Below, piece after piece: positions 1 to 9,405 of a DNA stretch of 64,000 nt. The stretch covers positions 32,001 through 96,000 of the forward strand of contig JAHQWG010000025.1 in NCBI GenBank assembly GCA_029856045.1, given 5' to 3'. Position 1 is the first letter of the stretch. The number at the start of each line of letters is the position of its first letter. Below the pieces are notes generated by a model that worked only from the letters and a program-made list of their open reading frames with translations, searched no databases and was not told where the DNA came from. The DNA is from Promethearchaeia archaeon (GTDB lineage: Archaea; Asgardarchaeota; Lokiarchaeia; Sigyniarchaeales; SOKP01). The position numbers and the translations under genes were made by a program.

Positions 1-770
1 ATTTCTTGATTAATTGCTAATTTTTTCTCTTCAATTTCCCTTATATCAGTGCGAATAGAATTAATTTTTACAATCAATAAAGCTTTTTCCGTATTTTTTT
101 GTTCCTTATCTAAACGTTGATAATCTAGTGCATCATTTTTTTCAGACTCAAGATTGGTCAATTGAATAGAAACTTCGTTTAAAAGAATAGTAATACGAGA
201 TATGTTTTCTTCAACTTTTTCCAGCTGTTTTACTGCGCTTTCCTTTTTTTCATTATAAGATGCAATCCCAGAAATTTCATCAATTAAAATGCGTCTTTCC
301 AAATTGGTCATATTTATTATTCGAAATAACTCTCCCTGTAATATCAGATTCGTAGAATTTGGAATAAGATTACATAAATCCATTAAATCTTGTAAATCCC
401 TTCTGGTTGTTCGTTTTCTATTAATATAATAATTACCATTGCCTTTAATATCAATTTTTCTTGAAATAATTACATCTTTACTATCAATAGGAATTTTTCC
501 ATCAGAATTATCGAAAATAATATCAACTTGTGCAAAATTAGAGGGATTCTTCTCAACAGAACCCCCATTACATATTAAATCCCTCACGTTTTTTACTCTC
601 ATTTTGTTTCCTGATAATTCGCCAAGAGCAAAAACGAAAGCATCTAATATATTAGATTTTCCTGATCCATTAATCCCTACAATTGCGGAAAATCCCTTAT
701 CAAAGTATATTATAGTTCTATTTCGAAAACTTTTAAAACCTTGACATATCATTGATTTAATATATGCCAT
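1..770 (-). CDS. smc: SMC chromosome segregation protein, N-terminal part (runs off the window edge; not in the ORF track)
   Basis: Manual translation from ATG at 770: MAYIKSMICQGFKSFRNRTIIYFDKGFSAIVGINGSGKSNILDAFVFALGELSGNKMR... Contains GFKSF, Walker A GINGSGKSN, Q-loop LILQGE, EISGIASY and the start of a coiled coil. Confidence 0.95.
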   Translation of the reverse strand, partial: MAYIKSMICQGFKSFRNRTIIYFDKGFSAIVGINGSGKSNILDAFVFALGELSGNKMRVKNVRDLICNGGSVEKNPSNFAQVDIIFDNSDGKIPIDSKDVIISRKIDIKGNGNYYINRKRTTRRDLQDLMDLCNLIPNSTNLILQGELFRIINMTNLERRILIDEISGIASYNEKKESAVKQLEKVEENISRITILLNEVSIQLTNLESEKNDALDYQRLDKEQKNTEKALLIVKINSIRTDIREIEEKKLAINQE

Positions 771-1007
771 TTTTTAACCCATAGATGAAAGATGTTGATA
801 TTAAAACTGATTTTTTCAAAAAAATATCTAGATATATTTCTAAATAATACAGAAAATTATCAAATAGAATAACATCCACGTAATATGAATGAATAGCTAA
901 CTTTAATTGACTTTATTTATAACTAATCTATTGAAAATAGGATATATCATTAATATAAGGAAAATAAGTAATTATTTTTAAGTGATTAAATTTTAAGTTA
1001 GTGAATT

Positions 1008-3302
1008 CTACACTTCTCTTCGTATTTCTTCTATCACAATAGCATATTTTTCAAGTAGTTTTATTAATTTCTTATTATCAGGAACGCTCTTTAATTTTTT
1101 TTCGTATTCTGGATAATATTTAATTAATTTATTATATAAAGAATTTAGAGATTCTTGTAAATCATTTTCTTTTTTGAAATTTTTAGAAATTGATTTTAAT
1201 GCATCTAAATGTTTTGGTTGTTCTAGGCAAGAAATTAATTTTTTATAATAGAGAATTATAATTTTTGAGTATTCTTCGGGATGGAAATTAACTAAATAAT
1301 CATCAATATCAAAATCCCAATGTGGTATAAAACTTATATATTTATCAACAGGATTTTCTTTATTATCTAAAAGATTTAATTCAAGATTTGATTTATTTAA
1401 CTTTTCCAATAAAGGATATAAAATACCGGGACTAACTTTTGTTTCTTGTTCAATTATTGGTGCAATGTCAGAGATTAATAGTCTATATTCTGGGTATTGT
1501 TCAGGGTTTTCAATCCGATATATATATTCGTTTTTAATTAAATTAATAATTTCATCTTCAAGAATCATATCACGTTCTTTTACAAATGAGACAGTTCTAT
1601 CCTTTATGGATTCAGTATGTTCTTGTTCCGATATAAGTTTTTTTGAAAAATCAGTTGAGAGAGATTGAATGAATTTATCTGAAGCTTTTTCTTTATCAAT
1701 TTTTTTTTGAAGTTGCATTGTATCACCAGGTTGCTTCTGAAGGGATTCTACTAGTTGTTCTGATAAATAATGTCTTGCTTTTTTAGCAGCTTTTCCTTTC
1801 TTTTGAAATTTTTCGGTAATTGAAGTGAATTCAGCATATTTTCTTTCTGTACCTTCTTTTTCTTGTCGGATTATTACTCTAAAATCAACTTTTTTATCAT
1901 CAATTTTGCGAATAATTGAATAAACAATTCCCTTAGATAATTGGGATGCCTTTATTAATTCAATTTCAATTAGATCAATTGGAAAGGCTTCACCCCTTCG
2001 AATAAATTCATTCCTCAAAATTTTTAATATTGTTTCTATACTTTTTTCTTCTTCTTTAACAATCTCTTTTTGAATTCGCATAAACATTGAAGTTTCATGA
2101 GGTTTTAAGTAATAAACTAAAATAGTTAATCCTAATAAGAAAATCATAATAATTGAAATTAGATAACGATCATGCGCTAATAATTCTGAAAATCCACCAA
2201 TTTCTTGGTTTGGAGCGCTAGTAGCTACAGCGAATCGTGATATGGTTTGTCCTAAAACACAAGCTAGAAAAAACATTATTAAACCATCTTTTTTAAAGAA
2301 TAAAATTCGCCATCCCAGAGTAGTACCAATTTTTCGTATTATTCTTACTAAAAATATCATTGAAATAATAAATTCAAAGAAAAATAGGTATCCGATTACA
2401 TTTGAAGCTCCACCAAAAGCTCCTTTTAACGCATCTGATGTTTCTGGTAGAAGAATTGTATATAATGTCACTTGGTAAATTTGATAAAAAAATATGAAAA
2501 AAACAATTATAGCAAATGTAAAATTATCAAATAATCCCGCTCTTCTGGTTTCTGCCCGCTTTCTAGTAAGAACGAATTCAATAATTATGAATACAATAGT
2601 TGTAATCAGTGAAATATATATTAATGGCATTACTCTTTTCATTTCAATCAGATAAACTTCAATTGATCCTATTGGATTTATAGTTCCCAAGAAATCTAGA
2701 GTGAGAAAAACAATAAAAGCTCTAAAAGACCAAGATATAATCACTAAAATTCCTAAAATTAGAAATGGAATTAAAAAGATTGCAAAATTTCTTATAACTG
2801 AATATTTTGCAACTACTTTTGCCTCAATTTTAGTAGAAAATTTTCTTGAATATGTATAAAATCTTGAACTTTGTAAAAATAGCCAGATCATCGCTAACAT
2901 TAAAAGAAAGCTCATATAATTTAATTGAAATATGGTGTCTATTAAGAAAAATAGAAAATAACATCCTGTAATTAATCCGAAAAAAATACCTATCTGCTTA
3001 ATAACAGTATTTTTTTCAAATATAAATTGCCTTATTTTATCCACGCTAAATAATATAGAGAGTGAAAAAAAAAATAAAATTAATGCATTTCCAAAAATAA
3101 AAGGGTTTCCAAACATCATAATTTGGAAAAAAAGATTATCTGGATTATTGATATTAAAAAAAATCATAAAAGAAAAATATAAAAAAATTCCAAATAATCC
3201 CCAAAATTTTTTTCCATAATAAGATTTTGGAGGTTCTTTCCCTTTTACATAAATCTCTTTATTAAAAATGACTTTTTTAAGATTTAAATAAATATTTTTC
3301 AT
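1008..3302 (-). CDS. Hypothetical polytopic membrane protein (about 10 TM segments) with a large soluble C-terminus containing two winged-helix-like repeats
   Basis: 764-aa ORF. The first ~400 aa are alternating hydrophobic helices; the C-terminal half is charged and carries an internal repeat. Confidence 0.8.
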   Translation of the reverse strand: MKNIYLNLKKVIFNKEIYVKGKEPPKSYYGKKFWGLFGIFLYFSFMIFFNINNPDNLFFQIMMFGNPFIFGNALILFFFSLSILFSVDKIRQFIFEKNTVIKQIGIFFGLITGCYFLFFLIDTIFQLNYMSFLLMLAMIWLFLQSSRFYTYSRKFSTKIEAKVVAKYSVIRNFAIFLIPFLILGILVIISWSFRAFIVFLTLDFLGTINPIGSIEVYLIEMKRVMPLIYISLITTIVFIIIEFVLTRKRAETRRAGLFDNFTFAIIVFFIFFYQIYQVTLYTILLPETSDALKGAFGGASNVIGYLFFFEFIISMIFLVRIIRKIGTTLGWRILFFKKDGLIMFFLACVLGQTISRFAVATSAPNQEIGGFSELLAHDRYLISIIMIFLLGLTILVYYLKPHETSMFMRIQKEIVKEEEKSIETILKILRNEFIRRGEAFPIDLIEIELIKASQLSKGIVYSIIRKIDDKKVDFRVIIRQEKEGTERKYAEFTSITEKFQKKGKAAKKARHYLSEQLVESLQKQPGDTMQLQKKIDKEKASDKFIQSLSTDFSKKLISEQEHTESIKDRTVSFVKERDMILEDEIINLIKNEYIYRIENPEQYPEYRLLISDIAPIIEQETKVSPGILYPLLEKLNKSNLELNLLDNKENPVDKYISFIPHWDFDIDDYLVNFHPEEYSKIIILYYKKLISCLEQPKHLDALKSISKNFKKENDLQESLNSLYNKLIKYYPEYEKKLKSVPDNKKLIKLLEKYAIVIEEIRREV

Positions 3303-3464
3303 TTTTATTTAGAGTTCTTTATTATTTAATCCCTTAACTAAATAAATTCACATATATTGATAATACAATCTAAATTTAATAATATAATATTTAATTTCTG
3401 GTTTAATTAAAATATTTTATAACTAAAAAATTTAATAGCCTTTTAAATTTAAATAAGATTGGAA

Positions 3465-3626
3465 ATGAAGATAGCAGTCTCTGGAAAAGGTGGAACAGGT
3501 AAAACACTTATTGCAGGAACACTAGCTAGATTATTTGCTCAAGATGGTTATAAGGTTCTAGCGATTGATAATGACTCATCAATCTTAACTTACATTTTGT
3601 ATGTATACATACTAATTATTCACTAA
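3465..3626 (+). pseudogene. Truncated duplicate of the cooC 5' end (39 homologous codons, then unrelated sequence and a stop)
   Basis: Translates as MKIAVSGKGGTGKTLIAGTLARLFAQDGYKVLAIDNDSS-ILTYILYVYILIIH*, versus MKIAVAGKGGTGKTLIAGTLARLFAQDGYKVLAIDNDSSM... at 4241. Confidence 0.92.
3492..3562 (+). repeat. 71-bp perfect direct repeat, copy 1 (copy 2 at 4268-4338)
   Basis: ggaacaggtaaaacacttattgcaggaacactagctagattatttgctcaagatggttataaggttctagc occurs at both positions, 776 bp apart. Confidence 0.95.
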
Positions 3627-3675
3627 TAAACTTCTTAATTCTTTAGGAACATTTTATCAATTATTATTATCTTTT

Positions 3676-4089
3676 TTATCTATTATCATTGAAAGGATGA
3701 TTCTTTAATATTTCTCTAATTTCTTCTTCTAGTTTTTTCGAAAAATCAGAATTTATGTTCTTCATAAACTCTAATTGTTTCCTAAAAAGCTCTCTCCTAA
3801 AATCTTGATTATTTACTCTATTCTTTACTTCATAATCACATGCCATCTGAAATGTAACATCATTAAATATCCAGTAAAGAAGTTCATTCAAATTTTGAGT
3901 TGTACTTCTTTCCCACTCTATTCCTCGTTCTACGACAACATAATGGTAATTTTTTTTATCTACTTCTATATGAGGATTACCAAAATCTCTGGTGCTACCA
4001 AATGTAGGAAGTAGATCTCTAGGAGCATTAATAATTCTAGCTATATCTGTTGTCTTTTTTCTTATGGTTGCTAAAGATAATATCTTCAT
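3676..4089 (-). CDS. Imm63-family polymorphic toxin immunity protein (orphan)
   Basis: PHIEVD..YHYVVVERG.E.ER.TT.NL.ELLYWIF.DVTF.MA.DYE..NR...DFRR.LF.KQLE matches the Imm63 family pattern as I recall it. Confidence 0.8.
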   Translation of the reverse strand: MKILSLATIRKKTTDIARIINAPRDLLPTFGSTRDFGNPHIEVDKKNYHYVVVERGIEWERSTTQNLNELLYWIFNDVTFQMACDYEVKNRVNNQDFRRELFRKQLEFMKNINSDFSKKLEEEIREILKNHPFNDNR

Positions 4090-4240
4090 AATTTGATTAT
4101 TTTATAAATTAATACTCTTTAATTAGAATATTCAATTATAAAATTTTATAATTAAAAAATTTAATATCCTTTTATATTTAAATAAACTTTCTGCTTTCTG
4201 AAAATAGGTAGTAGAATCATAATTAACAGCGGCATTAGAA

Positions 4241-5038
4241 ATGAAAATTGCAGTGGCTGGTAAGGGAGGAACAGGTAAAACACTTATTGCAGGAACACTA
4301 GCTAGATTATTTGCTCAAGATGGTTATAAGGTTCTAGCTATTGATAATGATTCATCTATGAATTTAAGTTATTCTTTAGGGATTGATGAATATATCCGTC
4401 AAAAGATAGTCCCAATAAAAGAAATGCTTGATCTTATAGAACAAAGAACGGGACAAAGACCTGGTGCAGCAAGTGGGGGGATATATAATATAAACCCTAA
4501 AGTTTCCGATATTCCTGATAAATATAAAATCTATGGACCTGATGGAGTTCAATTGCTTGTTGTTGGTTCAATTGAGGAACCAGCCACGGGATGTCTTTGC
4601 CCGGAAAATGTATTAATTAGAACTCTTCTTTATAATCTTTTTGTGCAAAGAAATGAAGCAATAATTGTGGATTTTGAAGCTGGATTAGAACATTTGGGAA
4701 GAGGTACTGGTAAGGGAATAGAGATCATGCTTATTGCAACAGAACCGTCAATAAAGTCAATAGAATTAACTCAACATATACTAAAATTGTCAAAAGGATT
4801 AGGAGTAAAAAACAATTTAATTGTATTGAATAAAATTATAGACAAAGCAGAATTAGAGATTATTACTAAAAAATTGAAAGAAATTGGATTAAATTCATTT
4901 CATGTTATTCCTTTTGACCCAGAAATTGGAAAAGCTGATTTAGAGGGGATTGCATCACTTGATTTTAATCCAAACTCAAAAGCCATTCTATCTATTCGAG
5001 ATTTATTTGGAAAATTAAAAGAATTCAAAAAAAATTAA
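4241..5038 (+). CDS. cooC: CooC/AcsF-type nickel-insertion ATPase (CO dehydrogenase / acetyl-CoA synthase maturation)
   Basis: Deviant Walker A GKGGTGKT, metal-binding GCLCP, and DFEAGLEHLGRGT signature. Confidence 0.92.
   Translation: MKIAVAGKGGTGKTLIAGTLARLFAQDGYKVLAIDNDSSMNLSYSLGIDEYIRQKIVPIKEMLDLIEQRTGQRPGAASGGIYNINPKVSDIPDKYKIYGPDGVQLLVVGSIEEPATGCLCPENVLIRTLLYNLFVQRNEAIIVDFEAGLEHLGRGTGKGIEIMLIATEPSIKSIELTQHILKLSKGLGVKNNLIVLNKIIDKAELEIITKKLKEIGLNSFHVIPFDPEIGKADLEGIASLDFNPNSKAILSIRDLFGKLKEFKKN
4268..4338 (+). repeat. 71-bp perfect direct repeat, copy 2 (inside intact cooC)
   Basis: Identical to 3492-3562. Confidence 0.95.
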
Positions 5039-5093
5039 TAGTAAAAAATTTATATATGAAAATTTGATTTTACAATATAGGGAAAATTTTTTT

Positions 5094-5357
5094 ATGAGCG
5101 AAGATAATTTAAAAATCCAAGAATATGTCAGAAAAGCGATAGAACTCTTATGTCAAAAGAACTTTTCAGATGTAGTTATATTAAGCTCTTATAAAATCAA
5201 TTCCGTTTTAAGAGAGTATTTTGGTGTAGATATTAAAGTGGATAGAATTGGTCGAATGCTTGCGAATATTGCCAAGCAAAATCAGTTAAAAAGACTTAAA
5301 ACAAATATTCCCAAATATTCCCTAAAGATCTCTCGTTTATCAAAACTTAAATTCTAG
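5094..5357 (+). CDS. Small basic hypothetical protein, possibly winged-helix; likely start is the ATG of MSEDN rather than the TTG at 5064
   Basis: ~87 aa with a helix-helix-helix-strand pattern (SYKINSVLREYFG...VDRIGRMLANIAKQNQLKRL..IPKYSL). Confidence 0.55.
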   Translation: MSEDNLKIQEYVRKAIELLCQKNFSDVVILSSYKINSVLREYFGVDIKVDRIGRMLANIAKQNQLKRLKTNIPKYSLKISRLSKLKF

Positions 5358-5379
5358 ATCTACCGAATTAAAAAAGAAG

Positions 5380-6795
5380 TTATATTTTTTTTACTTTCTT
5401 AATAGATTTTTGTAATGTTTCTAATTGAGAGGCCAATTTTTCAGTTTGTTCATTAATTACAGATAATCCATCCGAGATATTATTAATTTCCTCATTTAAG
5501 ATCTCGTTGAATTTGGTTGATATTGTATTAACTTTCTGATTTATTCCCGATATTGTTTTTTCCGTATTTTCATTTGAATTATTAACAATTTCAGTTTGTT
5601 TATTTACATCTTGAGTGATTTTTTCTTGAATTTTTTCCAAATCCTTAAAAATTTTTGAATTTTGTTTTATTTTTTCTCCAATTTCATTAATTTTTTGAGT
5701 AATATTCTCATTGATAATCTTGACAATGTCTTCAACGATAAGATCGATGTTCTCATTAATTTCTTTTGTAAGTTCAATTTCAGAATCTAATCTTTCTTGT
5801 ACTTGGTTTTTAATTTCCAACTTAAATTCTTCCATTTGAGTTGATAAGGTCTTTTCAAACCATTCTTCTACTTTTTTAATACCTAAATTTATTGAATTCT
5901 GCATAGTAGAAATAGTATTAGCTATAAAAGCTGAACTTTTTGAAGTACCAACTGTAATATCATGCGTCCATTTATTTATTTTGTCTTGAAATGTTGGTAA
6001 AAAATTGTCTTTAAGTTCTTGGGTGCCCTTCATATAACCATCTATAGTAGGCTTTAAGGGAGATTTCTCTTTTATTTCAACAATCTCTCCTTCAGTAGGT
6101 TTAGGAATTTCTTGAAGGTCTCCAATTTCATCATACTCTTTTATTATAATGGGACTTTCTTTTTGGGATTCTTCAACTAGATTTTTAATAATTTTGAAAA
6201 AATCTAAGGATTTTGAAGGCTCGAGTTCAACAACGATTTCATGATAATCACTTTTTTCACCTAATTGATAATTATCTAATCTGAAAGACTTAAACCCAAA
6301 AGAATCTTTTTTTCCCATTAGTGAATGATCAAATACAACTGCAAAGGCATCGGGTGTTCCTTCCTTTTGCCAAAATAAATGGTTTTTAATATCCATATTT
6401 GTAAAAATTAACCCTAATCTCGGGTGGCTATGATACCAACCAATTATAGACATTTTCTTTTCATTGGCCTCTTTATCAATAGAAGTAAATTTCTTGTAAT
6501 CTAGCTCATTAAATTCGACATCCATACCTGATCCATGATTTACCGGAACAGCTTCATAACAAATTAGATCTTTTCCTTTTTCTGCCTTTTTTCCGATACA
6601 AACACCTAGAGCTTCTACGCTTTTCTCAAGACCTTCGTTACCGAAGCGTAAAACATGAGAAATCATAGCAATATAAGCATCTGATTTTATTATTACTTTT
6701 CCTTCATGTGAAAAATCTTTATCAACTACTTTATCTTGAGAAAATCTTTTGCCAGGTGGCTTAAGTCCATTACTCGGAGGTGGTTCTGGAGACAT
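5380..6795 (-). CDS. MPN/JAB (Mov34) domain protein with long C-terminal coiled coil; JAMM Ser replaced by Thr
   Basis: EALGVCIG (catalytic Glu) and GWYHSHPRLGLIFTNMD (HxH-x7-T-x2-D), followed by ~220 aa of heptad-like sequence. Confidence 0.9.
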   Translation of the reverse strand: MSPEPPPSNGLKPPGKRFSQDKVVDKDFSHEGKVIIKSDAYIAMISHVLRFGNEGLEKSVEALGVCIGKKAEKGKDLICYEAVPVNHGSGMDVEFNELDYKKFTSIDKEANEKKMSIIGWYHSHPRLGLIFTNMDIKNHLFWQKEGTPDAFAVVFDHSLMGKKDSFGFKSFRLDNYQLGEKSDYHEIVVELEPSKSLDFFKIIKNLVEESQKESPIIIKEYDEIGDLQEIPKPTEGEIVEIKEKSPLKPTIDGYMKGTQELKDNFLPTFQDKINKWTHDITVGTSKSSAFIANTISTMQNSINLGIKKVEEWFEKTLSTQMEEFKLEIKNQVQERLDSEIELTKEINENIDLIVEDIVKIINENITQKINEIGEKIKQNSKIFKDLEKIQEKITQDVNKQTEIVNNSNENTEKTISGINQKVNTISTKFNEILNEEINNISDGLSVINEQTEKLASQLETLQKSIKKVKKI

Positions 6796-6798
6796 TTT

Positions 6799-8214
6799 TT
6801 AAGAACCTCCTTGATTTTTATCATTGATATCTTTTAATTTTTGAATATTATTAGACACTGTATCTAAGATTGAAATAGTAGAATCTAAAGAACTAATAGA
6901 ATCTTCTTGCTTCTTTTTAATTTCATTAATCTCCTTTATTAAAGGCTTTAGAGTTTTTTCTAATTGTTTTTTAATCTTTTCCGTGTTTGAATCTATTTCT
7001 TGCACCGTTTCATTACTTAGTTGATTAATTTTCCTGGAAACCTCATCAATTAATTTAGTATTTTGAATTATATGATTAGAGTTATTCTCATAACTAGATT
7101 TTAATGAAGTAAATTTTTGTTTACTGTTATTGATTAATGAATTTGTTTCATTAATTATTGCATTTATTTGTTCTGTGAATATTTTAGATGTATTCGATTC
7201 AATAGTATCTTTTAGTTGGTGGATTGAATTTTTTAATGCGGTTTTATTAATATCTAATGTATCTAATTTATCATCAATATATGTTTCCATATCTCTAAAT
7301 ATATCCATAATTGCAAATTTAGTCCAAGTGTGTAATTCCCTCAGACCAATTGATAGGTTATTCTTTAAGGTTATTAGATTTTCTCTAGTTTTTAGATTGA
7401 TATCAGTTGTTAATTTAGTCGTTTTTTGACCCCATTGGTTTAGATATCTAAATAATGGTTCAAAGAACGAATAAATAAATTTTGAAATACCATCATTCAA
7501 TGATTGCAATAATACCATTAAATTTAAATCAGGTTGTTTTGCCATAATTTGACTTTGACTGGGAATAGAAATTTCTCCAAAGATATCTGGAGTTTCATTA
7601 ATTTCTAAAATGACAGGTTCTTTTTTATGAATGTTATCTATTAAATTTTTAATTTCATGATAAAATCCAATATTATCAGGAGGTTCCACAACAAATTTTA
7701 CCTCATGATAACTAGTTGGTATTTCCGTAAAAGAAGGTTTATCTAATCGAAAAATTTTAAAACCCATATTTCCTTGCTTCTCTAATAGTTCATGATCGAA
7801 GACAATTCCAATTGCACTGGGATTTGGATTTTGAAATCCTAATTGATTTATGAGGTCAACTGCTGAAAAAAAGACGCCTAGACCAGGATGAGAGTGGTAC
7901 CAACCAACGGAAAACCACCCCTTATCAGCAACCTCTTGATCTACACTTGCAAAAGCTATATAATCGGCTTCTGCAAATTGTACTTCAATTTGACCTCCAT
8001 GATTTATTGGAATCGCATCTCTAACTATAACATCTTTAATTTCTCCAGAACCTTCTAATTCTCCTAATAACACACCCATACATTCACGGTAATTATCAGG
8101 ATCCTTAATTTTTGAACCAAACCGTAAAACATGAATAAGCATTTTATAATAAGCTAATGGTTTAATGATTACCTTCGAGTTATCAATGAAATTTTGCTTT
8201 TGTGTGTGTGCCAT
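6799..8214 (-). CDS. Rpn11/CSN5-like MPN+ (JAMM) metalloprotease with long C-terminal coiled coil
   Basis: ECMGVLLG and GWYHSHPGLGVFFSAVD (intact JAMM), followed by a coiled-coil C-terminus. Confidence 0.92.
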   Translation of the reverse strand: MAHTQKQNFIDNSKVIIKPLAYYKMLIHVLRFGSKIKDPDNYRECMGVLLGELEGSGEIKDVIVRDAIPINHGGQIEVQFAEADYIAFASVDQEVADKGWFSVGWYHSHPGLGVFFSAVDLINQLGFQNPNPSAIGIVFDHELLEKQGNMGFKIFRLDKPSFTEIPTSYHEVKFVVEPPDNIGFYHEIKNLIDNIHKKEPVILEINETPDIFGEISIPSQSQIMAKQPDLNLMVLLQSLNDGISKFIYSFFEPLFRYLNQWGQKTTKLTTDINLKTRENLITLKNNLSIGLRELHTWTKFAIMDIFRDMETYIDDKLDTLDINKTALKNSIHQLKDTIESNTSKIFTEQINAIINETNSLINNSKQKFTSLKSSYENNSNHIIQNTKLIDEVSRKINQLSNETVQEIDSNTEKIKKQLEKTLKPLIKEINEIKKKQEDSISSLDSTISILDTVSNNIQKLKDINDKNQGGS

Positions 8215-8411
8215 ATTTAAAACTTCTTAATTAATTAATCTCATTTTAATTTTCCTATACCAATATTATTTTTTGAGTTTTTATAATATTATCCAAATTC
8301 AATTATTATTCCAATTAGCTGTGTTTAATAAAAATTTAATATTAATTTTAAGGATATTATTTAGATTTATAACACCGAAAGTTAATATTAAAAAAAACTT
8401 TAAAAAGAGTA

Positions 8412-9089
8412 TTAATTGTAGTCCTTGAATTCCTTTCCACAACTTGGGCAATGCTTTATCTGAAATCCACAGAAAGGACAAAAAATCTTTCCCAAAGTTT
8501 GTTTTTTTAAATCTTCTGTTTCAGCAGTATCTTTAGATGGAATCTTGGGAAGTTCTTTCTCAGTTGAAATTATTTTAGGAGCTTCTTCTTGAATAATTGA
8601 TTCTTTTTCAACATTAAGTTTTTTAGAAATTGCTTTAGCTTTTGTTCTTTGGAGAAAGTGTTCACGTTCCGATAATTCCGGAATATGTTCTTTAACCCAC
8701 CCTTGAGCTTTAACCCTTTTTAATTCTGATTCTGGAACTTTCTCTAACTGTACTTCCTTTATTTCTTGAATTGGAGCTATAACTTTCTTCTTATCTTTAT
8801 TCTCCTTTGCCTGTCTCAATAAAAATTGAGTTGTTTTCATGATTTGATGAGGATTGATATTTGGGATTGCAACTGTTTTGAGGACCCAACTAACGATATG
8901 ATTTCCATTAGGTATATCTTGGTCTACATTGTCGTAAATATAAGAATCTATAATTGTATCTTTTCCTTTCATTAATCTAGATGCCCATTTTTCATTAATC
9001 ATTCCTAATTGTAATCTGTAGGAAGTCCCAGCAATTCCAAGCTGAGAAGTGAGTGGTTCAAAATCTTTTTCTGACATGATTTTACCCAA
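8412..9089 (-). CDS. Hypothetical protein with C-terminal zinc ribbon
   Basis: C-terminal CPFCG..IKHCPSCG; globular N-terminal region and a charged linker. Confidence 0.75.
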   Translation of the reverse strand: MGKIMSEKDFEPLTSQLGIAGTSYRLQLGMINEKWASRLMKGKDTIIDSYIYDNVDQDIPNGNHIVSWVLKTVAIPNINPHQIMKTTQFLLRQAKENKDKKKVIAPIQEIKEVQLEKVPESELKRVKAQGWVKEHIPELSEREHFLQRTKAKAISKKLNVEKESIIQEEAPKIISTEKELPKIPSKDTAETEDLKKQTLGKIFCPFCGFQIKHCPSCGKEFKDYN

Positions 9090-9405
9090 AATGAATTTTA
9101 TTAATGATATAAATTATTTTTCTATTTTTATAATTTATTCAAAATTATTATATCTTTATAATTTTTGACTGAAATTTTGTTTATGTTTAAATATAAAATT
9201 GATGAAATTTTTTAATATTAAAATTCTCTATAGTTGTTGATATTTTACAGAAATGATATTTTTTATATTATGTCGATTCTCTCCTTATATTTAAAAAGAA
9301 TATTCCCCTAAATGTTAATGCTACAATAAATATTCTTAAATATTGTGGAACTTCTAAAATCAATGGAATTAAAAAGAATAATTTGTATTTTTATTAAGGG
9401 AGAGT

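Noticed and set aside
439-744. 101-aa plus-strand ORF
   Set aside because: Antisense shadow of the smc 5' region, which has clear motifs on the minus strand.
5380-8214. MPN pair as a CBASS Cap3 or other JAB-containing defence system
   Set aside because: No cyclase, E1/E2 or effector gene is adjacent, and the domains look Rpn11-like with long coiled coils.
9090-9405. Specific TATA/BRE promoter calls in AT-rich intergenic regions
   Set aside because: Too many TATA-like words at this base composition to pick real ones without transcript data.
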